Below are positions 1 to 8,296 of a DNA stretch of 58,649 nucleotides, piece after piece. Below the pieces are notes generated by a model. The model did not search any database. It saw only the letters and a list, made by a program, of their open reading frames with translations, and had not been told where the DNA came from. The DNA comes from Candidatus Omnitrophota bacterium (GTDB lineage Bacteria; Omnitrophota; Gorgyraeia; Zapsychrales; Zapsychraceae), in NCBI GenBank assembly GCA_015232535.1, contig JADFZM010000003.1:1-58649 (forward strand), in the 5' to 3' direction. Made by a program: the position numbers and the translations under genes. Each line of letters opens with the position of its first letter. Within the stretch, counting starts at the first letter, position 1.

Positions 1-3000
1 TACAAAGTTTTTATATTTTTCAAGAAGATTCTTCCTGCGGACAAGGATAATCCTTCGGCTAAACTTGAAAGTGCGGTGAAAGTGACAGAGGGGGCAGAGA
101 CTTTATTCGAAGGGAGGCCGGCGGGAGTAGAGATGGTCGATACTTTGATATACGGTCATCCAGCTCTTTGGCCGGTGTATAAAGAAGTTGCTAATAATCC
201 TATTAAAGGGAAGAAAGTCCTAGAGGGAATAGCTGAAGCGCTTCAATCTGAAAATTATTATGAGGTAATAGCGGAGATAAAGGAAGAGCTTGCTACTGAT
301 GGGGTAAGCGACAGAGTTGATGAAGAATATTTCTCGATACCGGAAAGGGAGAGCGGAACTCTAGGGATTCAGGATAAGGCGATGTTAAGCAGGTCTCATT
401 TATCAGATGAGGAGTTAGCTGTTCTAAGGGGTTCGGATGAAGAAGCCGGATTTATCTACAAGCGTGAATATGAAGAATCTCGTGTCAGGGGTCAGATAAC
501 AAATATCCAGGAAGCCCTGCGAATAACTAACTATGATGGGCGTAAGAGGCCGGAAGATCAAAATATCAAGGAAGCATTGATTGCTCTTGATGTTGATAAA
601 GTGATTGCGTGGATTGAAAGTCCTGAAGGAAAATTCAGCGGGCAAGAGGTCCACATATTGGATGGGGTTGGCCCGGACGCTAAGGCGATAGGGAGGCTTG
701 ACCGGAAAGTTGCCGAATATTATGGATTTCCCCACGAGACTGCGAACATTGTTATGATCGCGCCGGATGGAAATGTAATTGTACAGTTGCGTAATACCGA
801 TAGATTTGATGACCATCTGGGAATGTATGGCGGGCATTTGAAGGTGGGGTCAACTCATTATGAAGGAGCGCTGGCAGAAACATTGGAAGAGACGGGATTG
901 GCCTATCTGGATTTTAATCCATCCTTTGTGGGATATGAACATTACGCTATTGATGGAGATAATAATAAGGAACGCCGGTCATGGTTTGTTAAAATTTTGA
1001 CTCAAAGGGAGTATGCCAATATTGAAATAGAAGTTAACAGGCTAAAGACTTTGAAAGACCGATATACCCGCCTGGAGGTAAAAGAAATACTCTCCGAAGC
1101 AAGGGAGAGGGTCAAAGACGGTAAGAATGAAGTTGTCGGTAAGTATCTTATTCCTTTTGCAAAATTATTAAACGCTAAGAAGAAGACTTATGTCCTGGGG
1201 AAGATAAACGGAGCTATGCCGTATGAAAATAAGCCGGTCCGGTACTTGTATGTTAGGGACGCTTATCAGGGAAGAGTAAAGCGAATTATGGCATATTTTA
1301 CTCCGGATTCTTTGGACAGATTGTTTTCCGATGAAAATAAAGGCGACCTTTTACCTAAACTTGAACAGGCTGTCAATCAAGCACGACGAGTCATTGCCGG
1401 GATCGCCAAAGATTTAATTGATCGTGACGAAAAAGACGGAATAACCGTAGAGGCTGTTCAGAGAGCTTTACATAAAAAAAACACTATCGTTTTAAATTCA
1501 GGAATAGGGCGGGATCAGCAATCTTTAGCGGAGGAAGTTGTTCAAAAAGCGAATGAGGCAAGGGGTAGAAGCAAAAAGGGAATTGTAATAACTCTTATCG
1601 GAGGCGGTGGTACGGGAAAGAGTACAACGGCACAAGCTATTGCCAAGAAATTAAACGTTACAAATGTTTATGTTGGGCTCATTTATAGAGCTTTGGCTTT
1701 AGAAATACTAAAGGAAGGTTTCACTGCTGATGCTGATACTGTTGCAAAAGCTTTGGAAGAAACACCTCCTGGTTCCTCAAAAACAAGGGCGGCGATTATC
1801 CTAGAAAAGCTTGAGCTTATCTCGGATAATAATTTTAATCCGAGCATAACTTATAACGGTCAAGATATTAATAGTGAAATTGAAGAACGACGAGTCGACC
1901 TTGAAAAGGCAATGAGCGGAACAGCCTGGAGCCAAAATCTACACAAGCAGATAGCCCATTTCTGGCTTAAAACTGTTGAAGCAGAGGTCGCTCAGGGTAA
2001 AGATGTAGTCGTAGATCTGCGCCCTAAACAAGCCGAGTTGATAAAAGACAAGAAATTAACGGTTTATTTAACCGCAGATATTCTTATCCGGGCCGGCCGC
2101 CGGGCTAATGATAATATTGAATCTAAAGGCCTAAATAATACCGAGCAATCTTATGCATCTAGCGTTGTAGTTCCGGAGCAGGCCATATCGGTAGAAGACG
2201 TTTTGGCCCCGTACTATAACAACAAAGCAAGGGTTTATTTTGATGCCGAGCAAGCCAAGGTTGACAAAATGTGGGAAGGGGCTATAGGGTCCCCGCTTGG
2301 GGCATCGGTCGGTGTCCTTAGCCAGGAATTCTATGACTGGGTTCGTATTTCCTCGGGGGAAGGAGACAGGACCACCGGCGAATTATTCGCGAACTTCATT
2401 AAGGACCGCATTCCTGCCGAGTGGATAGAATCTCTTAAGACAGACAGGGATGCTTTCATTGAATTATTTCCCGGGCACATTGAACTAACGGAAGAAGAGA
2501 TTGTTAAAGATTATCCTAAGGCTAGCCTTCATCAAAGAAAGACGGAAATGGCTATCGAACAAATGTATGAGACCAAGAAAGGCCTTCATGCCCGATATAT
2601 TGTGGCCAATATGCCCGGGCGGTCATCCGTTGTTCAGTTGGTCGGGTTCCTTAAATTTATGGGGGTACCACATGATAAGATATTAATTCATCCCGAGCCA
2701 ACAAAAGAAGCAAAGATAGCATGGTATGAAAAGCTACTCGGGAAAGTAATAGACGAGGTAGATTCGATCGTTTTTATCCCGGTATCAAATGCCGATATTA
2801 GTCCTGCCCTGAATCCCAGCCCAGATAAGCAGTCTACGATCTACCCTTCTGAAAGCCAGCTTAAGATGAGGGTTAGTAATCAAACGGGCTTTGGAGGGAT
2901 TATCAAAGGAAAAGATGGCAAGAAAATTCTCGTGTTGAACATCCGTTCGATCTTTGGCGAAGCAACTAGTGATTTTGTAGATTGGCTTACACCGAAAGCC

Positions 3001-6000
3001 AAAAGTAGCGGACGGCTAAGAAAGATTGTTTTTTACGGTACGGCGGGGGCATTTAATTCTCCGGAGCCCGGGTCTATAAAGAAAAGAGTTGGTGATATTA
3101 TCGTTCCGGATCAAACTTCTATGGAGTTCTTTGACAGTGTTTTCGGCGGTCTTTTGTCATATGAAATAAGTTTTGATAATGCCGCGCTTCTAGCCAGACC
3201 ATTGACCCTGCATAAGATTGATATAGGTGATAAAGCTTTAAATGACTTTAATCAAGCTGAAAAAGAAATAATTGTTCAAGCTGTTAATGGGGTTTCGCTT
3301 ATTAAGCCGGAAAATGGCAAGCCGGTTTTAAATGCTACGACTGCTAATGTTGGAAACGAAACGGCCCGAATGGTTAGGCAGTTGCGCGGAAGCGGAGCTG
3401 AAGCGGCTGACATGGAGTTGTATTATTTGGTGAAAGGCATAGGTGAGATTAATGCTTCTCGCTCTTCAGGGGAAAAGATTCAGTTTTCAACAATGCTAAG
3501 AGTTGCAGATATTCCCGGAACTAAACAAGGAACGGATGCCAATATAAAAAGCCGAGATGATAGAGTTGTTAAGAAGATAAGAGAAATTATTAGTGACCAG
3601 GTTTTTACCTCCATAAGGGAGTTTTTTGATCAAGCCATGGTTCCCGATGGCATTCCAGTCTTGCCTTCGGGGAGTGACAGGGCTATGTTGGCTGATAAAA
3701 GAGATTTAAAAGAATACCAGGAAGTGGTTGCAAAGTATTCTAACAAGAAGAATAGCAAGGGGGAATTAGTCCCTAAAGATGTTAGCGGGGCTAGAATAAA
3801 GTTTGATGAAAAGACTTTAAAATCTTTGCCCTTTAGGGGAAACACGGTTGTTGTATGGTTTGATGAAGAAACAAATCAAAAATTTGTCGAGATAAAAAAG
3901 AGAATACAGGAAAAATTATCGCAACTGACTCGCCAGGACCATAAGCGCTATGGCGAAATGATGAATAAAGTGGCTTTTGTTGATGATAGATCATTTCATC
4001 TTACGCTTTTTGACTTAATCAATCCTGATGATTTTAGTAGCTTATCAGCTGAACAAAGAGAAATAAAAATTAAGGCAGTAAACGAGCAAATACGACAAGT
4101 CTTTGCTTCCTTGAGAGCAGAGGGTAGGCTGGCTCCTATTCAAGTAGGGGTTGACGCTTTAGGTTCATTTATGCCTTTTACGTATTCTTTACTAATTGCT
4201 TTGAGTACTCCCAGAAAACAAGAAGACCTAGATCGTATTAATTATATTAGAGAAGAAATAAGTAAAGCAACAGGGATTGTTTTGGCTAAGCCTTTTGTTG
4301 CCCATAGTACTTTGGGGTATATCGTTAATCCTATGAATGTTGAAGAGTATGCGGCGTACAAGAAAATTGTTGATGAGGTTATGGATGATCCGCAATTTAA
4401 GTTTGAGATTGAATTGGGTAACTTGGAATTACGTTTATTTGAGACCATGGATGATTATGGCGAAAATTCCGTTGATAAAGTTGATTTAGCGATGTATTCG
4501 GTCTTAGATATTAATGATCCCAAGAGTTCTGAAATTGCTTTGGTTGGAGGAAAGGCTGCCAGCTTAAAAGAGCTTGGCTCTATACCTGGGATCAGAGTTC
4601 CCGCCGGATTCAATGTTACAACGAAAGTTTACGCGGATTATCTGGAGCAGATCGGCGCTGCTCCCTATATAGCTAAACTTGAAGATTTCTCTGAACAGTG
4701 GAAAGTTCTTCCAGAGAATGAACCAGGCCGTGAAGCTCTGACAATTGAAATGCGCAGGTTGTCGGAAGAAATTCAAGCTATTATTTTAAGCGGAGAGATC
4801 CCCGAGGAGGTACTAGGTTTAATCTTGGAGTCATATAGAAGTTTGGATAAAGAAGGGCTGCCGGCCCTGGTTGCCGTTCGCTCTTCTGCAACAGCAGAAG
4901 ATATGCCAGGGGCATCATTTGCTGGGCAGTACAAGACTTATTTGAATCAGCAGGGTGATGCAAAGGTCATTGAGGCGATTAAGAAAGTTTGGGCTTCAAC
5001 CTACAATATGAACGCTATTGAATATCGTAACAAGCAGAATATGCAGCATAGTAAGAATAAAATGTGTGCGCTGATACTTGAAATGGTAAATCCCCAATCG
5101 GCGGGGACAGCGTTTTCTGTTGATACAGAAACAGGGGCGCCTTTTATAAGCCTTAATAATACATATGGTCTGGGCGAGGCAGAGGTTTCTGGCATCGTCA
5201 CGTCAGACACTTGGGTTATTGACCCGCAAACTAACACTATTCTCAAACGACGACTAGGCAAGAAAAACGTAAAGATTGTTTATGATCCCGAGAAAAGAGA
5301 GAATGTCATTTTGGAAAACTCTGAACGAGAAAGTAACAGATTCGCGATCAGTACTATTACGGCAAAAGAAATAGCAAGGCAGGTTAGAATTATCCATGAA
5401 CATTATACGAAGAAATCAGTAGATATTAAGTATATTGACGCAGAGTATGTCGTAACAAGCACGGGCGACGTTGTTTTTACACAAACTAGGCCGGAAACGG
5501 TCTGGGGAAAAGGCCGGGCAAAATTGTTAGCTGTAGATAAAGAGAAGGCAAGAAGTTATCCAGTTATTCTGGAGGGAGGGGTTACAGGCTCTTCGGGAGT
5601 GGCGACAGGAGTTATTAGAATTGTTCGTTCAGTAGAAGATGCCGCTAAATTTATTGAGCCAGGGGACATCATGGTCGCGCCCAATACAACCAATGTTTGG
5701 GAACACTCAATGGGGCTGGCCGGGGGCATCATTACAGAAGTTGGAGGAAATGGTAATCACACTGCTGTTGTGTCAAGAGAACAGGGAAAGCCGGCTATAG
5801 TCGGGAACTCTAATGCTATTGAAATACTAAAAGAATATGATAATCAGGAAGTCACTATAGATGCTACCTTAAAGAGAGTTTATTTAGGGGCGGTTCCTTC
5901 GGAATATTTCTATAGCCCTGATAAAATTCAGCCGCTTTATGGTGGCCTATACAGTGAAACCTTGGAGGATGGTTGGGAGGCCGCGAGTAAAACCGGGCAA

Positions 6001-8094
6001 ACTCATCTGGACTCAGAGGGAGGACGGTGGATTGGAAAGCCGAATGTTCCGGTCGGAGAATTTATGGGTATAATTTTTCAAAGAAATCATCGTTGGATTG
6101 CGGAACGATTAAAATCTCCTATTCGGGATAGATTTGAAAACAATATCTATCAAGTAAATTTCGAAGACATCTATCAATGGATGGAAAGGATTCAAGGCAT
6201 GAGCTTTGAGGAATTAGAGGCTATCCATATCGAAAAGATACAAACGATAAAAGAGTATTTAGAAAAAAGCAACGATCTTGAGTTGACAGAGGCGTCTATC
6301 CGCGAGTGGATAGATGTTTTTATTCGTATGAACGCCTATATGGGATTTGCATACAATTTTTATAAAATCACTGAAGGGATGCTGGAGGATGCTTTAAAGG
6401 AAAAAGCTATCCCTGAGCCATATTTTTCTCAGGTTCGACAAGGCATGAGTGTTATTTTTGGCGCGACAGAAGCTACCGAGAGATTAAAAGATTATAGAAA
6501 ACTTTTAGCCCTTTTAAGTAAAGACGGCGGTCAGCTTTTGAAAACATTGCAAGAGGCTTTGGCGGCCGGTAATTTTCTTGAGCTTGAAAAGTTATATCCC
6601 CAGTTCTATGAGTTACTTTTTTATCATGCGACTAATTACAAGGCTTCGAAAAGCATAGATGCTACTTTTTTTAGCGAACCTCCGCTTGCAGTAGTTGTTA
6701 AAGAGCTTATTCGTGATATCGAAGACAAAAGAATAATTAGAATCAATGAGCCGACTGCTGAGAATTTTTATCCTGATGACTACGAGTTTCAAAGGATTGC
6801 CCGGCTGGCTTTAATATCCGAGAAAGTTAGGCAGGATTCGCATCATATTAAGGCAAGAGGACAGTGGAAATTCGCAGAAGTTCTAAAACCGTTGGCGGTA
6901 TTCTTGATAGAAAAAGGAGAGATCGAGGCATTTGGAGATATTTTTGATCATTCTCCGGAGTGGATAATGGAAAAGGTCGCTGATTATGAAAAGGCGCGGC
7001 CGGCTGGAGATAAAGATAATCCCGTTTTTCATATTAAACCGTATGAGATACAGGATTTGATAGCAACTAATGATGATATGATCGGGAATGAGACTATTGA
7101 TGAAGCCATGCTTACGAGTATGGGTCGTTGGAAATTTGACTCAGTTCAGTGGATGGAGGCCTCAAGACAATTGGTACTTGTGAATGCTGCGCGCATAGAA
7201 GAGGTCGTTAAACCGGAATTCTTGGAAAAAGGACAGCATTCTTCTAGAGATATTGTTTTAACACCAAGAGAGTTGAATGATAAGGAGCATACCAAGATAG
7301 ATGGCCTTGCAGGTGGCCTAGGGATCGATAGTGCCAAGGTCATTGTTATTAAACTGGATCAGGTAGCGGCTTTTCATAGAATTTATGGGTTATATTCGGA
7401 TGGTGTTTTATTTATTAGAGAAGATATTCTCTCTGAGGGCAATCAGGATCAGATTAAAGAAGCCTTGGATCATTTGCGCTTAAAGCCAACAGGATTGAGT
7501 TATGAGGAATTAAAGAAGATCCAGTATCATGGGGACTTGAGAAGCCTTATAACGAAACTTTCTAATCGGACAATAAAATGGAAATTATTGTTTTCGTTGT
7601 ACGGCGAAAAGGAAGCAGAACTCTTGATGAGTGGGGTAACAGAGCAATCGATCAAAGACGCTATCATAAGGGCGATTTCGGAACAGTTGGGTGCCGCGAA
7701 ATTAGAATACCAAGAACAGGTAGCTCGTTTACGCAGCGATGCGCTATTTTACGATGGCGTAACAAGAGAGATGGTCAGGAATAAAGCGGGATTTATTCAA
7801 GCTGTCGATATTTTTAACAAAATGAATGATAGAGCAGTATTAGGTAAAGGCAAGATTGATAAGGCATCTTTATCCGATGTCGGAGGCGTTGATTTTAACA
7901 ATATTCGCGTAAACCGCATGGGTAATAACATCGATATTAAATTTAAACCCGCTCAAATGCAGGATATCCTTAATAATGGCATCGATGGTTTTGTCCCGGT
8001 CATTATTGATATAATTCCTCTTATGAATATTTTGCCAATCTTGGGCTTGGAGCCGGCGGATAAAGAGGAATTTAATGTGTCTAGTTTAAATTAG
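1..8094 (+). CDS. Giant multidomain protein, 5'-partial (at least 2697 codons in window). It is a fusion of Nudix-like, cytidylate-kinase-like, nucleoside phosphorylase/nucleosidase-like, 2H phosphoesterase and PEP-utilising (ATP-grasp + phosphohistidine swivel) domains, a long helical region, and a conserved 70-aa C-terminal module.
   Basis: The track ORF 76..8094 begins at a GTG. The same frame is stop-free back to nt 1 (YKVFIFFKKILPADKDNPSAKLESAV-KVTEG...) and no convincing RBS precedes nt 76, so the gene most likely starts upstream of the window. Domain motifs are listed as separate features. Confidence 0.9.
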   Translation, partial: YKVFIFFKKILPADKDNPSAKLESAVKVTEGAETLFEGRPAGVEMVDTLIYGHPALWPVYKEVANNPIKGKKVLEGIAEALQSENYYEVIAEIKEELATDGVSDRVDEEYFSIPERESGTLGIQDKAMLSRSHLSDEELAVLRGSDEEAGFIYKREYEESRVRGQITNIQEALRITNYDGRKRPEDQNIKEALIALDVDKVIAWIESPEGKFSGQEVHILDGVGPDAKAIGRLDRKVAEYYGFPHETANIVMIAPDGNVIVQLRNTDRFDDHLGMYGGHLKVGSTHYEGALAETLEETGLAYLDFNPSFVGYEHYAIDGDNNKERRSWFVKILTQREYANIEIEVNRLKTLKDRYTRLEVKEILSEARERVKDGKNEVVGKYLIPFAKLLNAKKKTYVLGKINGAMPYENKPVRYLYVRDAYQGRVKRIMAYFTPDSLDRLFSDENKGDLLPKLEQAVNQARRVIAGIAKDLIDRDEKDGITVEAVQRALHKKNTIVLNSGIGRDQQSLAEEVVQKANEARGRSKKGIVITLIGGGGTGKSTTAQAIAKKLNVTNVYVGLIYRALALEILKEGFTADADTVAKALEETPPGSSKTRAAIILEKLELISDNNFNPSITYNGQDINSEIEERRVDLEKAMSGTAWSQNLHKQIAHFWLKTVEAEVAQGKDVVVDLRPKQAELIKDKKLTVYLTADILIRAGRRANDNIESKGLNNTEQSYASSVVVPEQAISVEDVLAPYYNNKARVYFDAEQAKVDKMWEGAIGSPLGASVGVLSQEFYDWVRISSGEGDRTTGELFANFIKDRIPAEWIESLKTDRDAFIELFPGHIELTEEEIVKDYPKASLHQRKTEMAIEQMYETKKGLHARYIVANMPGRSSVVQLVGFLKFMGVPHDKILIHPEPTKEAKIAWYEKLLGKVIDEVDSIVFIPVSNADISPALNPSPDKQSTIYPSESQLKMRVSNQTGFGGIIKGKDGKKILVLNIRSIFGEATSDFVDWLTPKAKSSGRLRKIVFYGTAGAFNSPEPGSIKKRVGDIIVPDQTSMEFFDSVFGGLLSYEISFDNAALLARPLTLHKIDIGDKALNDFNQAEKEIIVQAVNGVSLIKPENGKPVLNATTANVGNETARMVRQLRGSGAEAADMELYYLVKGIGEINASRSSGEKIQFSTMLRVADIPGTKQGTDANIKSRDDRVVKKIREIISDQVFTSIREFFDQAMVPDGIPVLPSGSDRAMLADKRDLKEYQEVVAKYSNKKNSKGELVPKDVSGARIKFDEKTLKSLPFRGNTVVVWFDEETNQKFVEIKKRIQEKLSQLTRQDHKRYGEMMNKVAFVDDRSFHLTLFDLINPDDFSSLSAEQREIKIKAVNEQIRQVFASLRAEGRLAPIQVGVDALGSFMPFTYSLLIALSTPRKQEDLDRINYIREEISKATGIVLAKPFVAHSTLGYIVNPMNVEEYAAYKKIVDEVMDDPQFKFEIELGNLELRLFETMDDYGENSVDKVDLAMYSVLDINDPKSSEIALVGGKAASLKELGSIPGIRVPAGFNVTTKVYADYLEQIGAAPYIAKLEDFSEQWKVLPENEPGREALTIEMRRLSEEIQAIILSGEIPEEVLGLILESYRSLDKEGLPALVAVRSSATAEDMPGASFAGQYKTYLNQQGDAKVIEAIKKVWASTYNMNAIEYRNKQNMQHSKNKMCALILEMVNPQSAGTAFSVDTETGAPFISLNNTYGLGEAEVSGIVTSDTWVIDPQTNTILKRRLGKKNVKIVYDPEKRENVILENSERESNRFAISTITAKEIARQVRIIHEHYTKKSVDIKYIDAEYVVTSTGDVVFTQTRPETVWGKGRAKLLAVDKEKARSYPVILEGGVTGSSGVATGVIRIVRSVEDAAKFIEPGDIMVAPNTTNVWEHSMGLAGGIITEVGGNGNHTAVVSREQGKPAIVGNSNAIEILKEYDNQEVTIDATLKRVYLGAVPSEYFYSPDKIQPLYGGLYSETLEDGWEAASKTGQTHLDSEGGRWIGKPNVPVGEFMGIIFQRNHRWIAERLKSPIRDRFENNIYQVNFEDIYQWMERIQGMSFEELEAIHIEKIQTIKEYLEKSNDLELTEASIREWIDVFIRMNAYMGFAYNFYKITEGMLEDALKEKAIPEPYFSQVRQGMSVIFGATEATERLKDYRKLLALLSKDGGQLLKTLQEALAAGNFLELEKLYPQFYELLFYHATNYKASKSIDATFFSEPPLAVVVKELIRDIEDKRIIRINEPTAENFYPDDYEFQRIARLALISEKVRQDSHHIKARGQWKFAEVLKPLAVFLIEKGEIEAFGDIFDHSPEWIMEKVADYEKARPAGDKDNPVFHIKPYEIQDLIATNDDMIGNETIDEAMLTSMGRWKFDSVQWMEASRQLVLVNAARIEEVVKPEFLEKGQHSSRDIVLTPRELNDKEHTKIDGLAGGLGIDSAKVIVIKLDQVAAFHRIYGLYSDGVLFIREDILSEGNQDQIKEALDHLRLKPTGLSYEELKKIQYHGDLRSLITKLSNRTIKWKLLFSLYGEKEAELLMSGVTEQSIKDAIIRAISEQLGAAKLEYQEQVARLRSDALFYDGVTREMVRNKAGFIQAVDIFNKMNDRAVLGKGKIDKASLSDVGGVDFNNIRVNRMGNNIDIKFKPAQMQDILNNGIDGFVPVIIDIIPLMNILPILGLEPADKEEFNVSSLN
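700..1010 (+). other. Nudix-hydrolase-like domain within ORF1 (degenerate Nudix box)
   Basis: The segment IVMIAPDGNVIVQLRNTDRFDDHLGMYGGHLKVGSTHYEGALAETLEETGL (box at 829..900) resembles GX5EX7REUXEEXGU. The spacing is off by one and the box Arg is replaced by Ala (AETLEETGL). Confidence 0.55.
1576..2110 (+). other. Cytidylate kinase (CMK)-like P-loop domain within ORF1
   Basis: The Walker A motif is IVITLIGGGGTGKSTTAQAIAKKL (1600..1623). It is followed by VYVGLIYRALAL (compare CMK xDTGAMYRA) and a distal KLTVYLTADILIRAGRRAND (compare CMK FLTAsxexRAxRR). Confidence 0.7.
2920..3520 (+). other. Nucleoside phosphorylase / nucleosidase (PNP_UDP_1-like) domain within ORF1
   Basis: Three motifs fit this superfamily: KILVLNIRSIFGEA, IVFYGTAGAFN...VGDIIVPDQ (glycine-rich loop + GDxxV), and GAEAADMELYYL (compare the xDMEsaa motif). 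Confidence 0.5.
3840..4480 (+). other. 2H phosphoesterase (LigT / cyclic phosphodiesterase-like) domain within ORF1
   Basis: Two H-x-T/S-x motifs occur at the expected ~100-aa spacing: SFHLTLFDL (His codon 3997..3999) and VAHSTLGYI (His codon 4303..4305). Confidence 0.65.
4490..5510 (+). other. PPDK_N-type ATP-grasp (pyruvate phosphate dikinase / PEP synthase N-terminal) domain within ORF1
   Basis: The domain carries VGGKAASLKELGSIPGIRVPAGFNVTT and the near-canonical VAVRSSATAEDMPGASFAGQYKTYLN, and ends at FTQTRPETVW. Confidence 0.9.
5570..5890 (+). other. PEP-utilising enzyme mobile (phosphohistidine swivel) domain within ORF1
   Basis: Motifs are GSSGVATGVIRIV, GDIMVAPNTTNVWEHSM and GGIITEVGGNGNHTAVVSREQGKPAIVG. 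The putative phospho-His codon is at 5758..5760. Confidence 0.85.
7882..8091 (+). other. Conserved 70-aa C-terminal module (copy 1), shared with ORF2
   Basis: The sequence is GGVDFNNIRVNRMGNNIDIKFKPAQMQDILNNGIDGFVPVIIDIIPLMNILPILGLEPADKEEFNVSSLN-stop. It aligns with the last 70 aa of ORF2. Confidence 0.8.
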
Positions 8095-8182
8095 CTTTTA
8101 TACTTATTCTTCTTGGCACGAAGGCTTTTTCTAATATATACTTTCTTTATAATTTTAATTCCTATAACTATTTATATTAGAG

Positions 8183-8296
8183 ATGACATTTCACTTCCAA
8201 AATTTTAAATCCAACAAACTAAACAGGGGCTTAGGCTTTCTAGCCGCCTTCTTTCTAGTACTTGAATCCATTCTTTCTCCCGTTGCTTCTTATGCG
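8183..8296 (+). other. Sec-type signal peptide (or signal anchor) of ORF2
   Basis: In MTFHFQNFKSNKLNRGLGFLAAFFLVLESILSPVASYA|QS there is a basic n-region, a hydrophobic core and an A-x-A-like SYA site. ORF3 carries the same SYAQ junction. Confidence 0.7.

Noticed and set aside
76-78. GTG at nt 76 as the true start of the first giant ORF.
   Set aside because: The frame is open to nt 1 and there is no good Shine-Dalgarno sequence before nt 76. I treat the gene as 5'-truncated by the window edge.
8114-8130. A sigma54-like -24 element TGGCAC in the ORF1-ORF2 spacer.
   Set aside because: The expected -12 TTGC(A/T) element is absent. The sequence at the correct spacing is CTTT, with no GC dinucleotide, so it is probably a chance match.
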